Origin: an uncultured Anaerolineales bacterium
Lineage (GTDB): Bacteria > Chloroflexota > Anaerolineae > Anaerolineales > UBA11858
DNA: 64,000 nucleotides
Direction of reading: 5' to 3'
NCBI GenBank assembly: GCA_964481465.1
Contig: CAYZTL010000003.1
Location: 65,717-129,716 of the forward strand
Shown: one piece after another, positions 9,684 through 19,803 of the stretch
How the letters are laid out: each line of letters starts with the position of its first letter
Numbering within the stretch: position 1 is the stretch's first letter
Translations under genes and position numbers: made by a program
The notes under the pieces: generated by a model
What the model was told of the DNA's origin: nothing
Database searches by the model: none
What the model saw: the letters and a program-made list of their open reading frames with translations, nothing else

Positions 9684-10301
9684 CTATTTACAAAACGAAG
9701 TTAAAAATTGTATGTACCAATTCGAAGTAAGAGGATGAATCCCTTCATCAACTTCGGTACCTCCACAGTGCTTAAATTTATAGCGATATCGACCGGGCCT
9801 CAAAGTAATCCACGCATGCCCTTTAGGTTGAATGGCGAAAAATTTAACCTCACCAGTTTCCAGATACGTCAAGGTGATATTAATCCAATTGGGCTGCTTA
9901 TTCTTAACTTCTAATCTTTCACAGCCATCATGATCCAAACACCATTCCTGCATCACCCAAGGATGCGGATCTGTGGTGGCTGTCGCCGTGTAAAGCGGGG
10001 TTTCTGTCGGCTCCGGGGTATCTGTTGGCATCGGGGTGTCTGTGGCACTCGGCGTGTCCGTAGGAACTGGCGTTGATGTAAAGGTAGCGGTGGGAGGGGG
10101 GGCTTCCTCGGTCAACGCTTTGGCGACGGAGGTTTCAAAGGCTGCCGTGCTGGTTTTCGCCTCTTCCAGTTTTTTCTGGAGTGTCGCTTCCTGTTGAGTC
10201 TCCAACGCCCCTTCATCCTCGGTGGGCAGAATTGAATCGCAGGCGCTGGCTGAAAATAACAATACTAGAATAAATACAAAAAACAATGCTTTGGGCTTCA
10301 T
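9684..10301 (-). CDS. hypothetical lipoprotein with Thr/Pro repeat linker and Cys-containing C-terminal domain
   Basis: The track ORF extends to 10364. MKPKALFFVFILVLLFSASAC (signal peptide plus lipobox) starts at ATG 10301. Confidence 0.65.
   Translation of the reverse strand: MKPKALFFVFILVLLFSASACDSILPTEDEGALETQQEATLQKKLEEAKTSTAAFETSVAKALTEEAPPPTATFTSTPVPTDTPSATDTPMPTDTPEPTETPLYTATATTDPHPWVMQEWCLDHDGCERLEVKNKQPNWINITLTYLETGEVKFFAIQPKGHAWITLRPGRYRYKFKHCGGTEVDEGIHPLTSNWYIQFLTSFCK
10015..10068 (-). repeat. 3 x 18-bp imperfect tandem repeat inside the lipoprotein gene
   Basis: The units are ggggtatctgttggcatc / ggggtgtctgtggcactc / ggcgtgtccgtaggaact. They encode xx-T-D-T-P repeats (PTDTPSATDTPMPTDTP). 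Confidence 0.7.
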
Positions 10302-10573
10302 GGTGCTACTCCTTGGATAAGGGTTTATTTTCAAGGTATTATATGTTAGAAAATGCACAATCATCGGGATCTTTTCCTTAAAATTTTGATAAGTTATCTA
10401 ATTCAAATTGATTCACCGCAACAACTTGGCAAGAATCTGTCCCGAAAATATACATCCAAATTGCCCACCCTGCTCCTCTACCCAAATAGGTCGAGGGTTG
10501 GGAACGACTTATAAGAACTCCATTATCCAGATAGTACAATGGGACATTAACGAACTCAGCCAAGGGCTCTTCA

Positions 10574-11833
10574 ATGCGTAAATTCCCTCTCCCTTCCCAA
10601 CTCCAACAGCGGATCAGCCAATTCCGCCAAGCCTATCCTCCCCAATTCTGGCTTTTGTTTTGGGGGACATTGGTGAGCATGGTAGGCACAAGCATGATCT
10701 GGCCCTATCTGGTGGTCTACATCAGCGAACAACTGGAGCTTCCCCTGGCTTCCATCGGGGGATTGATCACCTTGAACGCAGCCATGAGCCTGCTCGCGTC
10801 CTTCCTCGCTGGCTCCATCGTCGACCGGCTAGGCCGGAAATGGGCCATGGTGATCAGCCTGGCATTCAACGGGATGGCTTATCTGGCCATGATCCCGGCC
10901 CACACGCTGGGTCAATTTGCCCTTTTGATGGCGCTGCGCGGCGCGTTTCAGCCCCTCTACCGGGTAGGGTCGGACGCCATGCTCGCAGACCTCGTCCCAC
11001 CCAGTCAGCGTGCGGACGCGTATGCATTGAACAGACTCAGCAAGAATGTCGGCGTAGCCCTCGGCCCTGCCTTAGGCGGCTTCCTGGCTGCGACTTCTTA
11101 CAGCATTGCCTTTGGGATCGCGGCGATCACTTCGGTCCTTTTCAGTTTGCTGATCGCTTTTTTCGCCCATGAAACCCTTTCCCGAAGCAGCCTGGAAAAG
11201 AAAACCCTCCCCCAAACATTTCAAGGATATGGCGCCATCTTTAAGGATCGTGCCTTCCTGACTTTCATCCTCGGGATCGTCTTACAGCAAATCAGCGCCA
11301 GCATGCTCTGGGTCCTGCTGGCTGCCTACGCGAAGGAAAATTACGGGGTCTCCGAAAGCGTATACGGTCTGATCCCCACCACCAATGCCCTGATGGTCGT
11401 CTTCTTGCAGGTCTTCGTCACCAAACAAGCCCAAAAATATCCCCCTTTGAAAGTGATCACGGTGGGCATCTTTTTATACGCTCTCGGGGTGGGGAGCGTC
11501 TCTTTGGGAAGCGGATTCTGGGGATTCTGGATGAGCATGGTCATTGTCACCATCGGGGAATTGATGGTGGTTCCCACCGCGAGCTCTTACACCGCCAACA
11601 TCGCCCCCGCTGAGATGCGGGGACGATATATGAGCCTTCTGGCTTTGACCTGGGGAGCGGGTTCTTTGGTCGGCCCGATTACAGGAGGCTTCCTCAATGA
11701 TCGCTTCCGCCCGGTATCGATCTGGTACGGCGGAGGACTTGCCGGCTTGCTGGGCACCTTGCCCCTCCTCTTCCTCAGTTTGCGAAATGGCAGACGCTGT
11801 ACAAACCCCCCAAATGGGCGACACCGCCCATAA
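10574..11833 (+). CDS. MFS transporter
   Basis: 419 aa with about 12 hydrophobic segments. The loop motif DRLGRK is typical of MFS TM2-3. Confidence 0.85.
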   Translation: MRKFPLPSQLQQRISQFRQAYPPQFWLLFWGTLVSMVGTSMIWPYLVVYISEQLELPLASIGGLITLNAAMSLLASFLAGSIVDRLGRKWAMVISLAFNGMAYLAMIPAHTLGQFALLMALRGAFQPLYRVGSDAMLADLVPPSQRADAYALNRLSKNVGVALGPALGGFLAATSYSIAFGIAAITSVLFSLLIAFFAHETLSRSSLEKKTLPQTFQGYGAIFKDRAFLTFILGIVLQQISASMLWVLLAAYAKENYGVSESVYGLIPTTNALMVVFLQVFVTKQAQKYPPLKVITVGIFLYALGVGSVSLGSGFWGFWMSMVIVTIGELMVVPTASSYTANIAPAEMRGRYMSLLALTWGAGSLVGPITGGFLNDRFRPVSIWYGGGLAGLLGTLPLLFLSLRNGRRCTNPPNGRHRP

Positions 11834-11861
11834 AAAAAGATGACCGGCACGGCCGGTCATC
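11832..11861 (-). terminator. rho-independent terminator of htpG
   Basis: A perfect 10-bp stem GATGACCGGC/GCCGGTCATC (11839-11861) encloses a 3-nt loop. An A-run at 11832-11838 gives a U-run on the minus strand. Confidence 0.75.
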
Positions 11862-11895
11862 CCAGGTATTTATCCCAATTTCGGCAAGCCATCCT

Positions 11896-13794
11896 TCACT
11901 CTTCTAAGGCCGATTCCATCAATTTCTGGATGCGCGGAATCATGGCTGCTGGATTAGGGTGCAAGCCCTCAATGAGCAGTGCGCTTTCAAAGATTTGCTC
12001 GATGATCGTCTCCCCCATGTCATGGCCATCATCCAACCTGCCCAAACGTTTCACGATGGGATGGTCGGAATTGAGCTCCAGGATCTTTTTGGGAATCTCA
12101 AAATCGCGATCCATCATTTTAAAAACCCGCTGCATCTCCTGCCCCATCGCCCCCTCCGGATCCACCAGGCGAGCCACAGAAGACGTCAAGCGGTTCGTAG
12201 TCCGCACATCTACCACCCGGTCTCCCAGCTGTTCATTAAAGCGGTCCAATAAATGGCTCAATTTTTCATCGGACAATGAGGGTTCTTGATCGGTCTCTTC
12301 TTTGTCCTTCTCCTCGTCACCGCTTGGCGAACTGGGAAGCTCGAGGTCAGAGTCTGCCACGTTTTTGAGGGGATGATCTTCGTATTCCCGAAGCCCCATG
12401 AGCATAAACGAATCCACAGGATCAGCGAGGATCAAGACCTCATAACCGTGGGTTTGAAAGTAATCCAGATGGGGGCTGCGGGTTACCGAGTTTTCGTCAT
12501 CACCCAAAATATAGTAGATTTTATCCTGACCCGCTTTCATGCGCTCAATGTAATCATCCAAGGAAGACCATGCCTCGGGATGGGAGGTAGTCCGGAAGCG
12601 AAGCAGAGGGTAAAGGGAGGCCCGGTCAGACTCATCCGAGGCAACCCCCTCCTTGATAAATTGTCCATATTTCTCCCAAAATTCCTCATATCGATCTTCT
12701 TCCTCAGACGCCATCGAAGTCAACCGCTTGTTCACCTGGTTGGTGAGAATGCGCTTCAGGCGCGCCATGACCGCGGTAGCCTGGACGCTTTCCCGGGAGA
12801 CATTGAGGGGTAAATCTTCAGCATCCACCACACCTTGGATGAAACGATAGTATTGGGGCAGCAGATCCTTCGAATATTCGTCGATCAACACTTTGCGGGC
12901 ATATAATTTCAACCCATTCTCCTCACGGATGGTTAACATGCCCCGTTCGAGCTGAGGAGGGATATACAAGAGGGCGAATATCTTCAAAGGGGCATCCGCT
13001 ACGAAGTGGATTGTCTCCATGGGGGGTTCGAATTCATACGTGAGGTGCTTGTAAAATTCTTTATAATCCTCATCATCCACAGATCGAGGAGATTCCCTCC
13101 AAATCGCTTTCTGGCGGTTGACTTGTTCTTCATCTTCTTCCAGGTAAATGGGATAAGCGACATAATCCGAGTGCTTTTTGATGATTTCCCGCAGCCTGTG
13201 TTTTTGCGTAAACTCTTTGGCATCTTCTTTGAGCTTCACGGTGACCGTAGTCCCCCGCTCTTGCTTCTGAGAGTTTCCAATCGTGAAGGTTTCCGCGCCG
13301 GTAGCGAACCAGCTCGCAGGCTCAGCATCAGGCTGATAAGACCTGCTGGAAACCTTCACCCAATCTGCCACCATAAACACCGAGTAAAACCCCACCCCAA
13401 ATTGACCGATCACGTCCGCCAGATTCGTATCTTCATCCTCAGCCGCTTCTAAAAATGCCCTCGCCCCAGATTGGGCAATGGTCCCCAAGTTGGTCCGGAT
13501 CTCCTCTTGGGTCATGCCGATGCCGGTATCCGTGATCTCCAAGATGTTTTCATCCTCGTCGACGCGGATACGGATCTCAAATTCCGCTTCAGGATCGACA
13601 ACCTCACGCTCCGTTTGCAGGATATACCGCATTTGGGTCAGGGCGTCAGACGCGTTGGAGATCAACTCCCGCAGGAAGATCTCGCGTTCCGTGTATAAAG
13701 AGTGAATCAAGATGTTTAATAACTGCTTGACCTCCGTTTGAAAGGCGATGGGGTCGCTGGGACTGTCAATTTTAGGCTCGAAATCCTCGCTCAT
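11896..13794 (-). CDS. htpG: molecular chaperone HtpG (Hsp90)
   Basis: 632 aa. FQTEVKQLLNILIHSLYTEREIFLRELISNASDAL and GQFGVGFYS are canonical Hsp90 motifs. RBS GGAGG precedes the ATG. Confidence 0.95.
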   Translation of the reverse strand: MSEDFEPKIDSPSDPIAFQTEVKQLLNILIHSLYTEREIFLRELISNASDALTQMRYILQTEREVVDPEAEFEIRIRVDEDENILEITDTGIGMTQEEIRTNLGTIAQSGARAFLEAAEDEDTNLADVIGQFGVGFYSVFMVADWVKVSSRSYQPDAEPASWFATGAETFTIGNSQKQERGTTVTVKLKEDAKEFTQKHRLREIIKKHSDYVAYPIYLEEDEEQVNRQKAIWRESPRSVDDEDYKEFYKHLTYEFEPPMETIHFVADAPLKIFALLYIPPQLERGMLTIREENGLKLYARKVLIDEYSKDLLPQYYRFIQGVVDAEDLPLNVSRESVQATAVMARLKRILTNQVNKRLTSMASEEEDRYEEFWEKYGQFIKEGVASDESDRASLYPLLRFRTTSHPEAWSSLDDYIERMKAGQDKIYYILGDDENSVTRSPHLDYFQTHGYEVLILADPVDSFMLMGLREYEDHPLKNVADSDLELPSSPSGDEEKDKEETDQEPSLSDEKLSHLLDRFNEQLGDRVVDVRTTNRLTSSVARLVDPEGAMGQEMQRVFKMMDRDFEIPKKILELNSDHPIVKRLGRLDDGHDMGETIIEQIFESALLIEGLHPNPAAMIPRIQKLMESALEE

Positions 13795-13880
13795 TCTCTA
13801 CCTCCTGCCAACTTTTCTTGCTCAGTATATCTACTATATCGAATGAGTGTTAAAAAGTTGTAAGAATATGACGTGAGGAT

Positions 13881-13920
13881 AAAAAAGTCCCCTTTGAATG
13901 GTCATCAAAGGGGACTTTTT
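13881..13920. terminator. bidirectional rho-independent terminator (ends the hydantoinase-folP unit)
   Basis: AAAAAAGTCCCCTTTGA...TCAAAGGGGACTTTTT forms a 13-bp perfect stem flanked by A- and T-runs. Confidence 0.8.
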
Positions 13921-13982
13921 CCTTCACAACGAATTTTTTCAGAGAAAATTATCGTCTCCGGTCTTTACATCGCATAAATCCA

Positions 13983-14852
13983 TCAGGTGCGGACAATCGC
14001 GTCCGTCACTTTCACCACCCGGACCATTTCAACCACATCGTGGACCCGCACCACATCCGCTCCCCGGGTAATCGCCACAGAAACCGTGGCTGCGGTCCCC
14101 TCCAAGCGATCCCCCGGCGGGAGATCCAGTGTATAACCGATGAAAGATTTCCGGGATGGGCCCACCAGCACCGGAAAACCCAGGGCCCGTAATTCATCAA
14201 CTCGATTTAACAGTTCCAGGTTTTGTTCCACCGTCTTCCCAAAACCGATCCCAGGGTCAATAAGGATGCTTCCTCGGGGGATGCCCGCAGCGAGGGCAAT
14301 CTCCACGCTCTCCATCAGTTCCCGCTTCACATCTTCCAGCAAATCGTCGTATTCAATCCCCACATATCGGCCCCCAAGCTGTTTCTTGATCTCCGCGTTG
14401 CTGGGATCGCTGCGGTTGTGCATCAAAACCACCGGTACTCCATGCTCAGCGACGACATGTCTCAACGCCGGATCCGCCCTCAGCCCCCAGACATCGTTGA
14501 CCAGATCGGCTCCCTTTGCGAGAGCCTGCTCAGCCACTTTGGCTTTATAGGTGTCAATGGAAATCAAGGTCTCAAACTCCTCGGACAGCCTTTCGACCAC
14601 AGGGATGACGCGGTCTAGCTCCTCTTCCAAAGCTACCGGATCCGCCCCTGGACGGGTGCTCTCCCCGCCCACATCCAGGATATCCACGCCTGCATCCACA
14701 AACTCCCGGGCTTGGGCTACTACCGCTTCCAACCCTTCTCCCACCAAACCATCCCCTGAAAAACTGTCCGGGGTGACGTTGAGAATGCCCATGACATAGG
14801 TCCGTTCCCCCCAACGAAAAGTAACCTGTCCTATCGTTAATTCCTTTTCCAT
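13983..14852 (-). CDS. folP: dihydropteroate synthase
   Basis: The track ORF runs to 15218, but the homologous part starts at MEKELTIG...VMGILNVTPDSFSGDG. ATG 14852 is preceded by GAGGAG. The upstream 122 codons overlap the hydantoinase gene in another frame. Confidence 0.9.
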   Translation of the reverse strand: MEKELTIGQVTFRWGERTYVMGILNVTPDSFSGDGLVGEGLEAVVAQAREFVDAGVDILDVGGESTRPGADPVALEEELDRVIPVVERLSEEFETLISIDTYKAKVAEQALAKGADLVNDVWGLRADPALRHVVAEHGVPVVLMHNRSDPSNAEIKKQLGGRYVGIEYDDLLEDVKRELMESVEIALAAGIPRGSILIDPGIGFGKTVEQNLELLNRVDELRALGFPVLVGPSRKSFIGYTLDLPPGDRLEGTAATVSVAITRGADVVRVHDVVEMVRVVKVTDAIVRT

Positions 14853-14875
14853 CGTTCTCCTCATCTTCCAATCCT

Positions 14876-16297
14876 TTACAGCACTTCTGCATCGGGTTTC
14901 CGCTTCAAGAATTGACCCATACCGGCCTTCCCCAGCCATTCCTCTCCATCCACGATCAACTGTCCCCGCAAAAAGACTTTCACAGGATAGCCCTTCAACT
15001 CCCACCCTTGATAGAGATTGTAATCCGTGCGGTGATGGGCGACCTCGACGCCATAAGTGAGGGTTTTCTCCGGATCCCAAATCACGATATCCGCGTCCGC
15101 CCCAGGCATCAAGGACCCCTTCCGGGGATACAACCCGAAAATTTTGGCAGCGTTCGTGCTCATTTGAGCCACAAATTGGGTGGGCGTCAAAGGTCCCTTG
15201 ACCACCCCTTCTGTCCACAACACAGGCATGCGATCCCCCACTCCGGGCAGCCCGTTGGGGATCTTGGTGAAATCGCCCGCGCCGAGCTCTTTTCCGGGGA
15301 TGGCCACCTTCTCCCCTTCATACTCAATAGGCGTCGTGCCGTCGTAAAAGAAAGGGCAGTGGTCCGTCCCCACGGTTTGAATGACATCATCCCCCAAACC
15401 CAGCCAGATCCGCTCATTGTCGATCTCCGTCCGCATCGGGGGGGAACAAATCCATTTCGCCCCATCCGGCCGGCGCAAGTGATCCACGGTGAAGAACAGG
15501 TACTGGGGACATGTTTCCCCCATCACAGAGATTCCCAAATCGCGGGCATACTGCAATTGGTCCACCCCGCCCGCTGTGTTCATGTGGACGATGTACAGGG
15601 GAGCTTCTGCCTGGGCGGACAAGGCAGCTCCGCGCAGCACCGATTCCACCGCCCCCCAGTCGGGGCGAGTGTGCGCGTGCCACTCCGGTGAGGTGTGTCC
15701 GACAGCTAAAGCCTCCTCCACCAGGACTTCGATCACATCCCCATTTTCGGCATGGAGCATGGTCAGCATACCCTGATCCCGGGCAATCCGCATGACTTGG
15801 AAGATCTCCCCATCTTGCAGGCGAAGGCGGTCGTTATAGGCAGTGAAGACCTTGAGGGTGGTGATGCCCGCAGAGACCAGGTCTGGGATCTGAGCCGCGA
15901 TCTCCTTGTCAAAATGGGTGATGTTCATGTGAAAACCGAAGTCAATCGCCGCTTTAGGATCCGCTTTTTCATGCCAGGCCTGCACGTTTTCAAGCAGCTC
16001 CGGGCTGTCGTCAGGCACGAAATCCATCACGGTCGTCGTCCCCCCAAAGGCAGCCGCTTTGTGTCCGGTGTAGTGGTCATCTGAGGAGACCGTGTCAAAC
16101 ATGGGCAGGTCGAAGTGGGTGTGGGGATCAATCCCCCCCGGCATGACCAAATGACCCTCGGCGTCGACCACACGGCAGTCCGCCTCGTCGAAATTGCGAC
16201 CGACAGCGGCGATCTTTTCGCCCTCAATGAGGATGTCCGCTTCAAAAACTTCTGATGCGGTGATCAACGTCCCATTCTTGATGATTATTTTCACCAT
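14876..16297 (-). CDS. dihydropyrimidinase / D-hydantoinase (cyclic amidohydrolase)
   Basis: MVKIIIKNGTLI... starts at ATG 16297. GGIDPHTHFDLPMFDTVSSDDHYTGHKAAAFGGTTTVMDF matches the hydantoinase/dihydropyrimidinase signature. Confidence 0.9.
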   Translation of the reverse strand: MVKIIIKNGTLITASEVFEADILIEGEKIAAVGRNFDEADCRVVDAEGHLVMPGGIDPHTHFDLPMFDTVSSDDHYTGHKAAAFGGTTTVMDFVPDDSPELLENVQAWHEKADPKAAIDFGFHMNITHFDKEIAAQIPDLVSAGITTLKVFTAYNDRLRLQDGEIFQVMRIARDQGMLTMLHAENGDVIEVLVEEALAVGHTSPEWHAHTRPDWGAVESVLRGAALSAQAEAPLYIVHMNTAGGVDQLQYARDLGISVMGETCPQYLFFTVDHLRRPDGAKWICSPPMRTEIDNERIWLGLGDDVIQTVGTDHCPFFYDGTTPIEYEGEKVAIPGKELGAGDFTKIPNGLPGVGDRMPVLWTEGVVKGPLTPTQFVAQMSTNAAKIFGLYPRKGSLMPGADADIVIWDPEKTLTYGVEVAHHRTDYNLYQGWELKGYPVKVFLRGQLIVDGEEWLGKAGMGQFLKRKPDAEVL

Positions 16298-16506
16298 ATG
16301 TTCATCCTTGGAAACAGATATTTGCAGGTCGTATCCCAAATAGGGGCTATTGCCCATGGGATAAACGCCAATCTAAAATGTGATTATACTGCACATCTCA
16401 GGGAACCACAGGATAGAGCAAGAAGGACCGGGTGTTTAATTCCCCCCTCAAACCGGACCCTTCGGGGTTCGCCCTTCACCGCCCCAGTCCAGAAATGGAT
16501 CTCCGT

Positions 16507-17085
16507 TTAATCCCCCGGGGTCGTGAACTCATCCAGGTCAGACGGAATGCCTAACAAAGCAGCCAAAACCTGAGGGGACAAATCTTCAACACGGTCCCTG
16601 GCTCTGTATTCACCGCTTTGATCTGCCCGGTCTCTGAGCGCCTTCCAGAGCCTTTTGCGCTCGCTGGACCGCACGGTTAGGTCCGTCAATTGATGGGCGT
16701 TTCGCAGGTATTCGCCGGTGGTATACAAAAAAGTAAAGCGCTTCCACCCGCCAGCCAGAATGGGATTAGGTAAAGCGTGTAGAGACCCAATTTGGATCTT
16801 GTAATATTCTTCGTGAGCACGGGGATGGTCAGGCTCTTCGCTGATCAGGTCTATCCGGGTGGTCAACTCATGCCCCAGGACGGGAGCGAGATATTCCACG
16901 CGCCACTTTTGAGCCCCAAAGGTGCCCGGCTGGTAGAAAGCCAGGTAGTCGATATTCAAAACCCGCGGTGCGGTGCGGACCGGGATCCGATACCAGCCCA
17001 AGACGCGAGCGTATTGCATATCCCGGGGATCGGGCATAATGGCCACTAATATCAACGCCGAAGGAGACAGGTACGCCGTATTCAT
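16507..17085 (-). CDS. conserved hypothetical protein (no recognisable domain)
   Basis: 192-aa ORF with coding-like composition (LGWYRIPVRTAP...DYLAFYQP...FLYTTGEYL). I cannot assign a function. Confidence 0.6.
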   Translation of the reverse strand: MNTAYLSPSALILVAIMPDPRDMQYARVLGWYRIPVRTAPRVLNIDYLAFYQPGTFGAQKWRVEYLAPVLGHELTTRIDLISEEPDHPRAHEEYYKIQIGSLHALPNPILAGGWKRFTFLYTTGEYLRNAHQLTDLTVRSSERKRLWKALRDRADQSGEYRARDRVEDLSPQVLAALLGIPSDLDEFTTPGD

Positions 17086-17240
17086 AACATCACCCCCATA
17101 GGCTGTCAGCTGCTGAGTAAACGAAACAGCCGATCCAGCCAGGTTCTCTCACTCACTATTCTACCTCTCATTATACACAAATCCCCCTCCACTTTCCCCT
17201 CTAAGAAATGGGATTCCACCCCAATTTAACCCCCTGAGGT

Positions 17241-17283
17241 GAGAAAAGAAAACGCCGAATTCTTTTTACAAGAATTCGGCGTC
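17241..17283 (-). terminator. rho-independent terminator after the PLP-enzyme gene
   Basis: ACGCCGAATTCT/AGAATTCGGCGT forms a 12-bp perfect stem (17252-17282). TTTTCTTTTC follows on the minus strand. Confidence 0.8.
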
Positions 17284-17308
17284 CATTGGGTGATCTGGTT
17301 CACGAAAG

Positions 17309-18769
17309 TCAGAGCAAGCCGACCCGGTCGTTGAAATCTTCGATCAGCTCGTCCATCTCGTCGATTTGCTGGTGGTACCCATCCCAATACGACCCATCTT
17401 CCCATTGGGCATTGAGCTCTTCCAGCTCTTTGCCCTGCTGTTCGATCCAGGTGTAGTATTTCAAGTTGTGGATCCGCCGCCGGGCTTCATGGTTCAGGTC
17501 CAGCATGTAATTGGGAGTCACCCCTTCCAGATAGCGGGCATGGTGGCGAGCCGCGTCCATTTCCGTGTATTGCCCGACCTCCTCATGCATCTCTCTCAAA
17601 CGGCTTTCGTAGAGTTCCATGGAATCCGTGAAGACAGTCAGGACAATGTCATTTTCGCCCAGCTCGTAGTATTTGGCGTATTTGATGCACATGAGCACAT
17701 TGGCAATGCTGGAGAAGCCCAGCAAATCCAACTGGCAGACAAGGTCTTCGGGTACCCCCTGGTCAATGAGATACTGGCGCCCTGCCGGCTCATTGAAGAG
17801 GCGGGCCAGGTTGACCACCGCATTATCATCAATGGCGATCACCGTATCCGTGTTCTTGACATTATGGATCCAGGGCACGTGTTTGTCGCCGATGCCCTCG
17901 ATGCGGTGGGCGCCGAACCCATTCTCAAGCAAGGTTGGACACTGCAGCGCTTCGCCAACCGCGATCCTGCTGGTGGGGAAGATTTCTTTCATGTAGTCCC
18001 CGCAGCCCAGCGTGCCTGAAGACCCGGAGGTCAAAGCCACGCCGTGGTAGTTGCCATCCGGTCCCATCTCCTGTTCTAAAACCTCTTCCATGGCATGACC
18101 GGTGACGTTGTAGTGCCAGAGGTGATTTCCGAATTCGTCAAACTGGTTGAAGACGAAAACGTTCTCCCGTTCCTCCCGCAGCTCCCAGACTTTGTCATAG
18201 ATCTCCTTGACGTTGGACTCCGAACCCGGGGTGGCGATCACTTCCCCAGCCACTTTGGCCAGCCAGTCAAAGCGCTCCTGGCTCATCCCTTCGGGGAGGA
18301 TGGCGATAGAATCGCAGGCCAGCAAGGCCGCATCGTACGCCCCGCCCCGGCAGTAATTCCCGGTGGAGGGCCAGACCGCTTCGTGAAATGTGGGATCGAA
18401 CTGTCCGGTGACCAGACGGGGGACCAGGCATCCAAAGGTCGCGCCTACTTTGTGCGACCCGGTCGGAAACCATTTCCCTACCAGGGCGATGATCCGCGCA
18501 TCCACGCCCGTGAAGCTATGGGGCAGTTCCAGATAATTGACACCGTTAAAGCCGCCCCCCTTCTCCACAGGCTCATTTTTCCAGGTGATGCGGAATAAAT
18601 TCCGCGGGGTGATGTCCCATAAGCCAATCCCTTTCAGTTCCTCTTTGATCGCATCGGGGATCAGTTCCGGGTTCCTCATCTGCGCATAGGTGGGAATGAT
18701 GATGTCCCGCTCCCGGGCGCGTTTTACGGTTCGCTTTCGCTGTTCTTCGTTAATGGTCAGATCAATCAT
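17309..18769 (-). CDS. PLP-dependent enzyme, tryptophan-synthase-beta/cysteine-synthase (fold type II) superfamily, long form
   Basis: 486 aa. FPTGSHKVGATFGCL holds the putative PLP lysine, and WPSTGNYCRGGA is also present. I do not recognise the specific activity. Confidence 0.75.
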   Translation of the reverse strand: MIDLTINEEQRKRTVKRARERDIIIPTYAQMRNPELIPDAIKEELKGIGLWDITPRNLFRITWKNEPVEKGGGFNGVNYLELPHSFTGVDARIIALVGKWFPTGSHKVGATFGCLVPRLVTGQFDPTFHEAVWPSTGNYCRGGAYDAALLACDSIAILPEGMSQERFDWLAKVAGEVIATPGSESNVKEIYDKVWELREERENVFVFNQFDEFGNHLWHYNVTGHAMEEVLEQEMGPDGNYHGVALTSGSSGTLGCGDYMKEIFPTSRIAVGEALQCPTLLENGFGAHRIEGIGDKHVPWIHNVKNTDTVIAIDDNAVVNLARLFNEPAGRQYLIDQGVPEDLVCQLDLLGFSSIANVLMCIKYAKYYELGENDIVLTVFTDSMELYESRLREMHEEVGQYTEMDAARHHARYLEGVTPNYMLDLNHEARRRIHNLKYYTWIEQQGKELEELNAQWEDGSYWDGYHQQIDEMDELIEDFNDRVGLL

Positions 18770-18831
18770 ACTTTCCTATTCCTTTCTGCAAACTAAATGT
18801 TTAAAATTCCAATCCTCTATCCAGCGCCGCC

Positions 18832-19761
18832 TTAATCGTCTTCCGGCGCTTCCCGTACGATGTAGAGCGGTCTCCCTTTGGCTTCATCATAGATGCGGCC
18901 CACGTATTCCCCCAAAATCCCCAAAAAGATCAACTGCACCCCACCCAGGAATAAAACCACAATCAGGGTCAGGGCCTGGCCAGATAAAGCGCTTGAACCG
19001 GCCAAACGGAAAGCAATCAGGAGTAACAGGGCCAGGAGCCCCACTCCCGCCACCGCAAATCCGAGCACCATCGCCAGCTGGAGGGGGAAATAGGAAAAGC
19101 CAGTGATGGCATCGTTGGCCAGTTTCATCATCTTGCGCAAAGGATACTTGGTTTCCCCTGCGTAGCGTTCTTCACGCCTGTACTCCACGCCGGTTTGTTT
19201 GAAGCCAACCCAGGCCGACATCCCCCGCAAGAAGCGGTGGCGTTCGCGCATTTGTTTCATCACCGAGACCACTTTCCGGTCCAGTAAGCGGAAATCGCCG
19301 GTGTCCAGGGGGATATCGACATCCGTGATCCGCTGGATGAAGCGGTAAAAAGCCGCTGCAGTTGCCAGTTTAAACCAACTTTCACCCTCCCGTTTCTCGC
19401 GGACGGCGTAAACCACCTCAAACCCTTCCTTCCATTTCTCAATCAAGTCTAAGATCACCTCAGGGGGGTCCTGCAAGTCCGCGTCGATCACCACTACGGC
19501 ATCCCCCCGGCTGTAATCCAATCCCGCCGTGACCGCGATCTGATGTCCGAAATTGCGAGCGAAGATCACCGGTCGAACGCGGTCATCGCCTTCGGCAAGC
19601 TCGCGGATGCGTTCCACGGATCCATCCGTGGACCCATCATCCACCATCACGAACTCCCAACTCTCCCCTGTGCTTTCCATGACCTCACTCACCCGGCGGT
19701 AAAGGACGGGGAGGTTTTCCATTTCGTTATAAATAGGAGCGATAATCGAGTATGTGGGCAT
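18832..19761 (-). CDS. family 2 glycosyltransferase (polyprenyl-phosphate glycosyltransferase-like, two C-terminal TM helices)
   Basis: 309 aa. [15 protein letters not shown]...[12 protein letters not shown]...[11 protein letters not shown] is the GtrB/ArnC/DPM1-like pattern. Confidence 0.85.
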   Translation of the reverse strand: MPTYSIIAPIYNEMENLPVLYRRVSEVMESTGESWEFVMVDDGSTDGSVERIRELAEGDDRVRPVIFARNFGHQIAVTAGLDYSRGDAVVVIDADLQDPPEVILDLIEKWKEGFEVVYAVREKREGESWFKLATAAAFYRFIQRITDVDIPLDTGDFRLLDRKVVSVMKQMRERHRFLRGMSAWVGFKQTGVEYRREERYAGETKYPLRKMMKLANDAITGFSYFPLQLAMVLGFAVAGVGLLALLLLIAFRLAGSSALSGQALTLIVVLFLGGVQLIFLGILGEYVGRIYDEAKGRPLYIVREAPEDD

Positions 19762-19803
19762 GTCTGATTAGGGGCAAGCCCCGTTTACCTCCCTGGGGAA
19801 TAG

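Noticed and set aside
10378-10563. 61-aa minus-strand ORF between the lipoprotein and MFS genes
   Set aside because: It has no recognisable motif or RBS and sits in a divergent promoter region. I cannot support it as a gene.
13827-13853. Possible CIRCE (HrcA) element upstream of htpG
   Set aside because: GAGTGTTAA (13845-13853) matches one CIRCE half-site with one mismatch. The position 9 nt away where the partner TTAGCACTC should lie reads ATATCTACT, so there is no inverted repeat.
14853-15218. N-terminal 122-codon extension of the folP ORF in the track
   Set aside because: The extension overlaps the 3' end of the hydantoinase gene in another frame and has no DHPS similarity. The homologous region begins at ATG 14852, which has a GAGGAG RBS.
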